From assembly GCA_902384455.1 (NCBI GenBank), contig CABMCB010000103.1, positions 1 to 33,607 of the forward strand: DNA of 33,607 bases, written 5' to 3'. Every line of letters starts with the position of its first letter. Within the stretch, counting starts at the first letter, position 1. The notes beneath the pieces are model-generated. The model was not told where the DNA came from, ran no database searches, and saw nothing but the letters and a program-made list of their open reading frames with translations. The position numbers and the translations under genes were made by a program. Below are positions 26,004-33,607 of this stretch, piece by piece. The DNA is from an uncultured archaeon (GTDB taxonomy: Archaea > Altiarchaeota > Altiarchaeia > IMC4 > SCGC-AAA252-I15).

Positions 26004-27161
26004 TTATGTGTTGTTGTGTGTTGGAGTGTCGTCTGTGATTACTTGTATGTTCTTCATGTTGTTTATGTCTCCGCTTTTGCTTACTCCCACTATGCATTTT
26101 ACGCTGTTTAGTGCTGCGGCGTCTATTATCCGTTGTGTTACGATTCCGTCAAAAACAACGTATTTTGGCTTAATGTTGACTATCGCTGTGATTAGGTCTT
26201 TTATCTCGACTTCTTCCAGGCGTTTTAGGTTTTCGTCGAATAGGCGTGCCATAAGTTTGCCTTTGACGTCTGCTAGTTCCTTCTTTAGGGGGTCTTCGTC
26301 GTGGGTTGTTGTTTCGTTGGTTTGTTCTATGTTGGAGTTGTTTTCGCTGGGTAGTTGGTTGAGTGGGGCTTTCCTGCGGAGCGCCATAATGACTTCTTTC
26401 TTCCCTAGTTCTTCCACTTCTTTTCCGGGTGGTGCGCGGGCGACGAAATCGATGTCTGCTACTTGAGCCAGCTCCTTTAGGATTATGTCTCCTCCGCGGT
26501 CTCCGTCAACGAAGGCAATAGCTGTTTTGCTTTTGCTTATCTCTCGTATGACGCGCGGCACGTTCGTTCCTCCTACTGCGACGGCGTTCTTTATGCCGCA
26601 TTTAAGGAGGTTTAAGACGTCTGCGCGTCCTTCGACTATGATGACGCTGTCTGCAGTTTCAACGCCGGGGCCTGAAGGCAGTCCCTTGTACGTTATTATC
26701 TCGGCTAGTTGAACAGACTTTCTGACTTCTTCAGTTAGGGCTTCAGTCTCCGGTATCTCTTCGTCCATCAGCTTTGTCAGGATGCTTTTTGCGCGTTCTA
26801 CCATCGCCTTCCGTTTGGTGCCTCGCGCGTCTTCGACGTTGGTCACCTTTATGGTTGCGTTGCATGGTCCTACGCGGTCGACTGTTTCTACGGCGGACGC
26901 TATAATGCTTGTTTCCACCATGTCTAGGCTGCTTGGGACGATTAACGTGCCGGTGCTTTTTCCTCCTTTGGTTCTGAGGTCGACTTCTATGCGGCCGATT
27001 CGGCCTGTTTTTTGTAGGTCTCGGAGTTCTAAGTCTTCTCCTAGTAGTCCTTCGCTTTGGCCGAATATGGCCCCGACGACGTCGGGTTTTTCTACGACGC
27101 CGTCTATGTTGATTTCAGCGTATATGTTATATTTTATTGTGTCTGCGGGTGCTTTTGCCAT
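26004..27161 (-). CDS. dnaG: Archaeal DnaG (TOPRIM, exosome-associated)
   Basis: [51 protein letters not shown]. Confidence 0.96.
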   Translation of the reverse strand: MAKAPADTIKYNIYAEINIDGVVEKPDVVGAIFGQSEGLLGEDLELRDLQKTGRIGRIEVDLRTKGGKSTGTLIVPSSLDMVETSIIASAVETVDRVGPCNATIKVTNVEDARGTKRKAMVERAKSILTKLMDEEIPETEALTEEVRKSVQLAEIITYKGLPSGPGVETADSVIIVEGRADVLNLLKCGIKNAVAVGGTNVPRVIREISKSKTAIAFVDGDRGGDIILKELAQVADIDFVARAPPGKEVEELGKKEVIMALRRKAPLNQLPSENNSNIEQTNETTTHDEDPLKKELADVKGKLMARLFDENLKRLEEVEIKDLITAIVNIKPKYVVFDGIVTQRIIDAAALNSVKCIVGVSKSGDINNMKNIQVITDDTPTHNNT

Positions 27162-27189
27162 TTTGTTTACCTTTTTGTTTGTTTTTTTG

Positions 27190-27341
27190 GCAACCGCAGC
27201 GGCTCACTATGTTCTGTTCACAGAATAAGGTCTTTGTTTGTTGTTCCTCTTTGTCCGTTTATCTTCCGGGTGGGTGAGGTTTTGTTGAACATTATCAAAG
27301 TTATTTCCGTGATTGTGATGATGTGAGCGCGGTGCGGTCAC
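27190..27341 (-). ncRNA. Candidate structured 5' leader RNA of dnaG
   Basis: Minus-strand GUGACCGCA-CC-GCG-CUCAC pairs with GUGAG-C-CGC-UGCGGUUGC (17 bp, two G-U pairs valid only on the minus strand); TATA-like AAATATAAAA about 20-30 nt upstream. Confidence 0.5.
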
Positions 27342-27382
27342 TCGATTTTTAATGTTTACGTTTTATATTTCGTATTTTGTAC

Positions 27383-27715
27383 TTAAATTCTTGTTTTTTG
27401 CGTTATTTTTTGGATGATTGCAGACGCGTCTGCGTTTAGCACCAGAATCGTCTTTTTGTTTGACGTGGCGCCAGAGACTATTTCGCAGGGGCCCAAGAGC
27501 CGCGTTAGAAACGCGATTACGGCGGTGTTGGCGGCGCCTTTTATTGGGCGGGCCTTAACTTTCACGTGGATTCTTTTGTCCCACGGGCTGTATTGTGCTG
27601 TTTCGATTGCAGAGCCCGGTGTTACGCGGACGTCCACGAGGGTGCCGGTTTGGGTTTGGCGTATTGCGTCTGATATGCCCTTTTCTTTATATTGCGTTGG
27701 CTCTGATAATCTCAT
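27383..27715 (-). CDS. DUF167/UPF0235 (YggU-like) protein
   Basis: VRVTPGS, VKVKARPIKGAAN, IVSGATSNKK; exact start uncertain. Confidence 0.88.
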   Translation of the reverse strand: MRLSEPTQYKEKGISDAIRQTQTGTLVDVRVTPGSAIETAQYSPWDKRIHVKVKARPIKGAANTAVIAFLTRLLGPCEIVSGATSNKKTILVLNADASAIIQKITQKTRI

Positions 27716-27977
27716 CCAAGACTTTTAGGAATGTCTTACTTTGCTCTTCTGTAAGAGGTTTCTTTCCTGCGTCTTCGATTCGTAGGTCGTTGGTGTCTGC
27801 GACTACTACAAGGCCTCTGCTTACGGGTACGCCAAATATCTTTTGGAGTTCGGCGTTGTCGTTTAGGTCGCTTATAATGTTGTCTAAAACGTCCATTTGA
27901 ATGCCGACCCTATCTGGGTTGACACTCATATCCTTTGGAGCTGGGCTCCCAGGTGTTGATTCTGATTTGTCTGCCAT
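27687..27977 (-). CDS. Hypothetical acidic protein (96 aa)
   Basis: GGGGTGA SD, globular composition, same strand as neighbours. Confidence 0.75.
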   Translation of the reverse strand: MADKSESTPGSPAPKDMSVNPDRVGIQMDVLDNIISDLNDNAELQKIFGVPVSRGLVVVADTNDLRIEDAGKKPLTEEQSKTFLKVLDEIIRANAI

Positions 27978-28055
27978 AGTTCACCCCTCGTTTATCGACG
28001 AGTTTCTCTAGTTTAATACCTTTTTTTATTTGGCTATATAAACCGACTTCGCATA

Positions 28056-29168
28056 TTATGCGACAACTTCGCCTAGCCTGTTTTGTTTGACGCCTTCTTT
28101 TATTTCTCGGGCGATGCGTTTGCCCATGTACATGACTTCGTTGTATAGTAGGTAGGCGTATGGGCTTTGGCCTATTTCTGCGTTGCATCCTGCGACTATT
28201 CGGGCGCTTATTTCGAACGCGACTACTTTGAGGTTTTCTGTGACTATTGTCTCTAGGCAGAATGGTCCGATTGCTCCTGGTTTGGCTATTTTGTGGCTTG
28301 CTTCCACTACTTTTTCTCCTATTTCGTAGATTTCCGGCAGCAGGCTTTCTCTTACTACCAGCGGGAAGTTTCCTACTACTGTGAAGCTTGGCGTTAGTTT
28401 GTTTTCTAGTTGTTCTGGGGCGGGTATTCTGCCTATTCCGTCTACGCTTGCTTCGTAGCGTTTGTCTACTCCCAGCAGTTCCACCTGTTTTTTGAGCGGG
28501 CTGTAGAAGTAGTGCGGGTAGACTGAGACTCCTATTATGTATTCTTGTATTTGGCATCTTTTGGCGTCTTCTTTTGTTGCTAGGCCGCTTTTTATTCGTC
28601 TGTCCATTTTGACGTTGAAGCTTTCTTCGCTGTCTGCTATGAAGTATCCTTTTCCTCCTCGTGCGCCTGGGAATTTTACTAGGACTAGTTGGTTTATGTC
28701 TGATGGTTTTTCGTATATTTTTGGGACGGTTAGTCCGGCGTTTTGGAGCCATTTGGTTTGTAGGTCGCGGCTTCTTTCCCATTGTAGTAACGTGCGGTTG
28801 CCTAGCATTGGCACGCAGAATTTGGTTTCTAGTTCGTCTCCTTCTATGTATGCGTTGAAGCTTCCGTGGGGTATTACGATGCTGTTTAGTTCTCTGAGGC
28901 GGTCTTGGACGTCGTCGTCTATTATTCTCTCGTATTCTTCGACGTGGATGATTTCGTCTGCTAGTCCGTAGGCTTTGTACAGTTTTTCTTCGCCTTTCTT
29001 GCAGATGCAGACTGTGGGGAATCCCTCGTCGTGCGCGCCTTTGAAGATGTTTAGTGCGCTGTGTCTGCCTATTGTTGCTATGTGTATCTTGGACTTGTTG
29101 TATTCGGTTAGTACGCTGTCTATGTCGCAGAGAAATCGGGTTTTCGGAGTTCTGCCTCCACTGACCAT
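28056..29168 (-). CDS. purP: Formate-dependent FAICAR synthetase PurP (ATP-grasp)
   Basis: HSALNI.KGA.DEGF, IPHGSF, VKFPGARGGKGYF, QEYIIG, VVGNFP...RESLL, FEISARIVAG. Confidence 0.93.
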   Translation of the reverse strand: MVSGGRTPKTRFLCDIDSVLTEYNKSKIHIATIGRHSALNIFKGAHDEGFPTVCICKKGEEKLYKAYGLADEIIHVEEYERIIDDDVQDRLRELNSIVIPHGSFNAYIEGDELETKFCVPMLGNRTLLQWERSRDLQTKWLQNAGLTVPKIYEKPSDINQLVLVKFPGARGGKGYFIADSEESFNVKMDRRIKSGLATKEDAKRCQIQEYIIGVSVYPHYFYSPLKKQVELLGVDKRYEASVDGIGRIPAPEQLENKLTPSFTVVGNFPLVVRESLLPEIYEIGEKVVEASHKIAKPGAIGPFCLETIVTENLKVVAFEISARIVAGCNAEIGQSPYAYLLYNEVMYMGKRIAREIKEGVKQNRLGEVVA

Positions 29169-29230
29169 TACTATATATTCCTCCTGTTGCCTTTTAATAC
29201 CTTCTTTTTTGTAGTCTGCGTTATGTTATT

Positions 29231-30424
29231 GTGGCTCCTGAGAAGGTTGTGGTGGTTGTTCCTGCGCATGATGAGGGGGCTTTTATTGGGGGTGTTGTTG
29301 CTCCCCTTGTGGCTGCAAAGAATCAGGGTTTTGTTGATGAGGTGGTTGTGGTTGATGATGGGAGTTCTGATGGGACGGCGAAGATTGCGGGGGATTTTGG
29401 GGCGCACGTGTTGTCTATGGGCGTGAATAGGGGTAAGGCGCTTGCTGTTTTGAGGGGTATTGTGTATGCTGATGAGGTGGGCGCAACTATTGTGGCGACG
29501 TCTGATGCTGATATGGGAAATCTTACGCCTGATAGCGTGTCTTCTCTTGTGTCTCCTCTCCGGGGTAATCCTGAGGTTCAGATGGTTCGCGCGTCTTACG
29601 TCCAGAAGGGCCCTCTTTTGGGTGGCTATACTGTTTTCGAGTGTCCTCTTGAGCGGTCTGGTTTTCGTGCGATACGTATGTCTGCGCTTGAGCCTTTACT
29701 GAGGGGGAATACTGCGTGGCTCCAATATTTGTCTGCCGGCTCTTTTGGTCTGGAAGTTATGTTTGAGGAGCGTATTGCTCCCTTGCCCCCAACTCTATTG
29801 AGAATAAAAGCGGGTTATCTGGGGGAACTGCGGCCTGTTGATGCTACTGCTGCTCTTAGGGGTCTGGGTTTGGTTTCCCGTGATTCTGAGGCGGTGTCTG
29901 TTTCTTTTGACCGTGCGGATGAAGAGCGTTGTGCTGTTGAGTCGTCTGATGGCGGTCGCTTTGTTTTTGTGCGGCGTAAGAAGTCTGATGTCATGGACGT
30001 TTTTTCTCCGTCCGAGCGTGATGGGTCTGTTAAGGCGTCGTTGAAGCTTGCTCATGTTGACGTAATCGATTTTTCCACTTTTTTGTGGTGGGAAGAGTGG
30101 GCTGAGAAAAGTCTGGTTGAGCAGCGTGAACGGCGTATCATAGGTATTGATGACCTAGGCTTGGTGTCTCGTCCTCCTGGCGGAGGTTCTACCTCGATGG
30201 ATAAAATAAACGATGATGTTGCTCGCGCGGAGGACGTTAAAAAATGGCGTACTGAGCAGGCTCGTGAGCTTCGTAAGTCGCGTTCGACGTTGAGTTTGAG
30301 TGCGCTGGAAGTGAGCAAACAGGCAGCTGCCTCTTTCCCGCGTGCGGACGAGGTTGAAACGTTGCGTCGTGAACTTGAGGAGATGACTCGCGGTAGGGTG
30401 CGGCAGCGTAAGGCATCTACGTAG
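29231..30424 (+). CDS. GT2/GT-A glycosyltransferase with a long uncharacterised C-terminal region
   Basis: VVVPAHDE, VVVVDDGSSDGT, NRGKA, SDAD (DxD), SGFRAI, FGLEV; GTG start. Confidence 0.75.
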   Translation: MAPEKVVVVVPAHDEGAFIGGVVAPLVAAKNQGFVDEVVVVDDGSSDGTAKIAGDFGAHVLSMGVNRGKALAVLRGIVYADEVGATIVATSDADMGNLTPDSVSSLVSPLRGNPEVQMVRASYVQKGPLLGGYTVFECPLERSGFRAIRMSALEPLLRGNTAWLQYLSAGSFGLEVMFEERIAPLPPTLLRIKAGYLGELRPVDATAALRGLGLVSRDSEAVSVSFDRADEERCAVESSDGGRFVFVRRKKSDVMDVFSPSERDGSVKASLKLAHVDVIDFSTFLWWEEWAEKSLVEQRERRIIGIDDLGLVSRPPGGGSTSMDKINDDVARAEDVKKWRTEQARELRKSRSTLSLSALEVSKQAAASFPRADEVETLRRELEEMTRGRVRQRKAST

Positions 30425-30427
30425 GCG

Positions 30428-31582
30428 CTATGTTATTACTTCGTTTAGTCTGTCTGCTTCTATTGCCCGTCTTATTTCCATCGCGGTTCTTCTTCCGCTG
30501 CTCATGGGTTTTCTCCAGAGTGCGTTGCCGTAGGGGTGGCCTACTGCCACGTGTACGTTTGTTCCTCCGCCGATTCTGGGTGCTACGTCGTATATGTGGA
30601 ATTTTAAGTCTTTGTCTACGCAGGTTTGTAGGCAGAATGCGCCTATTATGCCTGGATTGTAGTATTCTTGTGTTGCTTGGACGTATTTTTCTCCGAGTTC
30701 GAATGCGGCATCAAGCAGGCTTTCTCTGAGTGTGGCGCTGTTGTGTCCGCATACGGTGTATTCTGGTATGGCTTGTTTTTCGCCGAGTGCTAGTTGTTGT
30801 GCGGCGGGTAGTCTGACGTGTCCGTCGAGGCTTGTTTCGAATCTCCAGTCTACGCCGATTAGTTCCAGCTTCTCCATCTCCTCTTCTATGGGGCTGTAGA
30901 AGAAGTCGAGGTTGAATACGGGGCCGATTATGTATCGTTCTATGCGTGCGTGGTTTAGGTCTTCTTGCGTTATGACTCCTTGTTTGAGTAGCCTTTCGCT
31001 TTTTTCTTTGTATTCTTTGTGGCTTGATGCGGTGAAGAATCCTCGTTCGAGTTTCTTTTGGGCGTGGTGAAGTTTGATTATTGAGAGTTCATTGATGTCT
31101 TTGGGGTCTGTGATTCTTTCTGGGAAGGGGAGGCCTACTTTTTCGAGTAGCCAGTAGTAGTCTCTTTTGCTTCCTCTTTCTTCTGTGGCAAGCATGTTTC
31201 TGCTTCCTACTATCGGGACTTCGAATTCGTGTTCTATCGTTTCTAGCGGTATGTAGCTGCTGAAGCTTCTGTTTGGTATGAAGAGGACGTTTTTCGCCCT
31301 CATCTTTTTTTGTTCTTGTGGTGTTGCTAGTTCGGCGTATTTGCTGTAGGTTGCGACTTCGTCTACGCAGCCGCGCACTCTTTTGTTTTCCGCCCATTGG
31401 CTTTTGAAGTAGCGGGCATATGTTGCTTCTCGGCCTTTTTGTGCGTAGAGGATTGTTTTGAATCCTTCTTCTGCGGCGCCGTCTGCTGCGTCTATGGCGC
31501 TGTGGCTTGCTAGTGCCCCGATAGTGATTTTGTTTTTGTCGTAGGCGCCGGCGATTTCCGCTATCTTCTGCCTGTCCAACAT
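30428..31582 (-). CDS. PurP-like ATP-grasp ligase (second paralog)
   Basis: ASHSAID...GA.EEGF, IPNRSF, KLERGFF, GHNSATLRESLL, DVAPRIGGGTN; start MLDRQK. Confidence 0.9.
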   Translation of the reverse strand: MLDRQKIAEIAGAYDKNKITIGALASHSAIDAADGAAEEGFKTILYAQKGREATYARYFKSQWAENKRVRGCVDEVATYSKYAELATPQEQKKMRAKNVLFIPNRSFSSYIPLETIEHEFEVPIVGSRNMLATEERGSKRDYYWLLEKVGLPFPERITDPKDINELSIIKLHHAQKKLERGFFTASSHKEYKEKSERLLKQGVITQEDLNHARIERYIIGPVFNLDFFYSPIEEEMEKLELIGVDWRFETSLDGHVRLPAAQQLALGEKQAIPEYTVCGHNSATLRESLLDAAFELGEKYVQATQEYYNPGIIGAFCLQTCVDKDLKFHIYDVAPRIGGGTNVHVAVGHPYGNALWRKPMSSGRRTAMEIRRAIEADRLNEVIT

Positions 31583-31618
31583 AAAGAACAAAATAGGAAA
31601 ACTAGGTATTAAGTAAGT

Positions 31619-33607
31619 CTATGTGGGGGTTGTCGCGTTTTGTTGAGTGATTGCTGCGCGGAGTTTTTCGGCGTCCGGGTCGTTGGGGCTTAGTTGCAGA
31701 GCCGTATTGAAGTATTTTACCGCTTCCTTGGCTTTGCCGTTGTTGTAGAGTATGACTCCTATCTGCTTGTACGGCAAGGCGTACTGCGGATACTCCTTAA
31801 GCAGTATCTGATACTCGTTTAGGGCCTGTTGATCTCTGTTGGTTGTGAAATAGAGGCCTGCGAGATTTTGCCTGGCAAACCTGAGTGTGGGGTCAATTGT
31901 CAGAGCTTGTTTAAGCGCGTATTCTGCGGTCGTGTAATTGCCGGTTGTTACGAGGGCGTATCCGTAGTCTTCCCAGGCTCCGGCGTTTGTCGGGTCGATT
32001 TCGACTGATTTGGCGAGTGCCGGTAGGGCGTTGTTGTTTTGTAGGCCTAAGTAGAGCAGTCCTACGTTATGCTGTACTCCTGGTATGTCATACCCTATTT
32101 TTGCGGCTTCTTCGGCGTCTTTTTCTGCGTCGTTGGCGCGTCCTGCGTTTTTGTTGTACTCGCTTTTTCTAAGGTAGTATGTGGCCTCCATTTCCCTCAC
32201 CATGTCTTCTGAGTTTTCGATGTTTTCTCCTAAGCCTCGGATTTTGTATGTGCTCCAGGGGTCGGTGGGTGTGTAGTTTTGTCCTTTTTGGATTAGCCGG
32301 TAAACAAGGCCTTCTTGTACTAGTTTGTATGCTGGCGGGATGTCTCCTGCTTTTGCCGTGTAATATACGGGGTGTCCGCTTTTCGCTTCTGCTTCCTCTC
32401 TTTCAAGGAAACGGTTTACTCTGTCGTTAAGAGGCAGTCGAGGGAAGTCGCTGCCGTAGAAGTCTGTCATTAGTCCTATGCGGTCGACTACGTGTACGTC
32501 CGGCCTGATTTTTTCGATCCCGTTTAGGTAGTACATCATGAAGACGTGGCTGTCTCCTTGTGTGAATAGCGTTGCGTTTGGCGGCAGTTGGTTTAGGATG
32601 GCTGTTTCGTAGTCTCGCGGTAGATATGTCCCCGAACGGTCGTTTTCGTTGAATCCAGACGCTAATAGCAACGTTACCGTCAATATCGCCAGCAGTATGG
32701 CGCATGCTTTTGCGGCTGTTTCACCAGTTCTTTTTCTTAATCCCGTCCTTGCTTCGTCGAGCCCTATAGCAATCCACACGGCAAGCGCAGTCAAAGCGGG
32801 TATCCCAAACGCGGTTGTTGAGAATGATACTGCGTTGAGGTACGTAGCATAGAACGTTTCGCACGCAGTAAGCAGCAGCGTGTACTCAAAGAAAAGGCGG
32901 TATTTCCTCCAGCGCATGAAGCCAAACACGGCAAGCAGGCCAGCAAACGAAAACTGAAGTACATACAGCTTCAGGAGGCCGAATACCCTAAAGACGCTTT
33001 CTGTCGCGGTGAAGTTGATGAAATGCTGGCTTCGATGCGTTTTCAACGTAATCGTCGCGATGAATCCCTCAACAGTGTCCGGCCTGTCCCAAACGTATTT
33101 TGCCCCCAACGCCGCTCTTATCGGCAGCAGGAAATACATGAGCGGGCCTATTGATGCCACAAGGACGAGACGAAGAAGTCTTGCCTTCTCTTTTATTATC
33201 CGGGGTTCGCTTTTCCACACGACGTAAAGGAAGGCCGGCGTTAGTATTGCCATTGATACGTGGTGGGCTAGTCCTAGGCCGAATGTCAGTGTTGTTGCGT
33301 ATAGGAGGGTCGGGTTTTTTTCTTTTTGCCATCTGAACAGGAGGTACCCAACTAATGCCACGATATGTCCGTGTAGTGTGTATACTTCTGCTGTTGTTGG
33401 TTGGCTCCAGTTTATTGGTGTGAAGGCGTATGCGAGTCCGGCTGTTGCGGAGGGTATTGGCGCTTTTGTTATTTGTTGTGCTAGTAGGTAGACGGTGGCT
33501 GCTGTTAGTGCGGCGAATATTGCGCTCATTAGGTTTATGCGGTAGGCGACGTCTCCCACAGGTATTTGAGCGAATAAGTGGCCGATTAATGTGTATAGTG
33601 GGTATCC
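31619..33607 (-). CDS. DUF2723/TMEM260-like GT-C glycosyltransferase with C-terminal TPR repeats (5'-partial)
   Basis: Frame is open to the window edge (GYPLYTLIGHLF); R.NLMSA, WSQ...AEVYTL, GL.HH, GDS..F; several TPR repeats. Confidence 0.85.
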   Translation of the reverse strand, partial: GYPLYTLIGHLFAQIPVGDVAYRINLMSAIFAALTAATVYLLAQQITKAPIPSATAGLAYAFTPINWSQPTTAEVYTLHGHIVALVGYLLFRWQKEKNPTLLYATTLTFGLGLAHHVSMAILTPAFLYVVWKSEPRIIKEKARLLRLVLVASIGPLMYFLLPIRAALGAKYVWDRPDTVEGFIATITLKTHRSQHFINFTATESVFRVFGLLKLYVLQFSFAGLLAVFGFMRWRKYRLFFEYTLLLTACETFYATYLNAVSFSTTAFGIPALTALAVWIAIGLDEARTGLRKRTGETAAKACAILLAILTVTLLLASGFNENDRSGTYLPRDYETAILNQLPPNATLFTQGDSHVFMMYYLNGIEKIRPDVHVVDRIGLMTDFYGSDFPRLPLNDRVNRFLEREEAEAKSGHPVYYTAKAGDIPPAYKLVQEGLVYRLIQKGQNYTPTDPWSTYKIRGLGENIENSEDMVREMEATYYLRKSEYNKNAGRANDAEKDAEEAAKIGYDIPGVQHNVGLLYLGLQNNNALPALAKSVEIDPTNAGAWEDYGYALVTTGNYTTAEYALKQALTIDPTLRFARQNLAGLYFTTNRDQQALNEYQILLKEYPQYALPYKQIGVILYNNGKAKEAVKYFNTALQLSPNDPDAEKLRAAITQQNATTPT

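Noticed and set aside
27315-27325. GTGATGA C-box-like sequence suggesting a C/D box sRNA
   Set aside because: No suitably placed downstream CTGA D box, and the stem's G-U pairs favour the opposite strand
27910-28782. 290-aa Arg/Lys/Asn-rich ORF, and similar long alternative-frame ORFs at 10237-10893, 12022-12549 and 6859-7455
   Set aside because: They overlap well-supported genes (purP, trkH, nreA, AAA ATPase); the strong strand skew depletes stop codons and produces such shadow ORFs
28056-31582. Two PurP paralogs as a novelty
   Set aside because: PurP plus PurP-like pairs are already known in several archaeal lineages

Overview
Gene-dense archaeal chromosomal window. Archaeal markers include TiaS, GatD, deoxyhypusine synthase, archaeal DnaG, two PurP paralogs, Nre and an archaeal-type PheT fragment. 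The biosynthetic content would fit Altiarchaeota or a methanogen-related lineage, but that assignment is a guess. About 37 CDSs are called, two of them small ORFs below the ORF-track cut-off. No tRNA, rRNA, CRISPR array or transposase was seen. Most genes are housekeeping. The strongest candidate for an undescribed system is 15.13-17.04 kb: an AT-rich intergenic region with nine TGAC(G/T)TN heptads (recurrent 13-bp spacing, one 19-bp palindrome), then an ExeA-like AAA+ ATPase with a C-terminal winged helix, a GC-rich hairpin, a stand-alone MCM-C-terminal-like winged-helix protein and an unannotated ribbon-helix-helix protein. This architecture suggests a non-canonical DNA partition or replication-initiation module. 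Other notable items: a coupled pair of CDC48-like ATPases with an unusual shared N-domain and no pore-loop aromatics; a PheT that stops at a domain boundary next to an AT-rich GIY-YIG gene; a structured ~180-nt dnaG leader; a protease-less Lon ATPase; a 9-bp inverted repeat exactly bracketing gatD; and blocky, gene-orientation-independent strand skew. All calls come from reading the sequence by eye; no searches were run.
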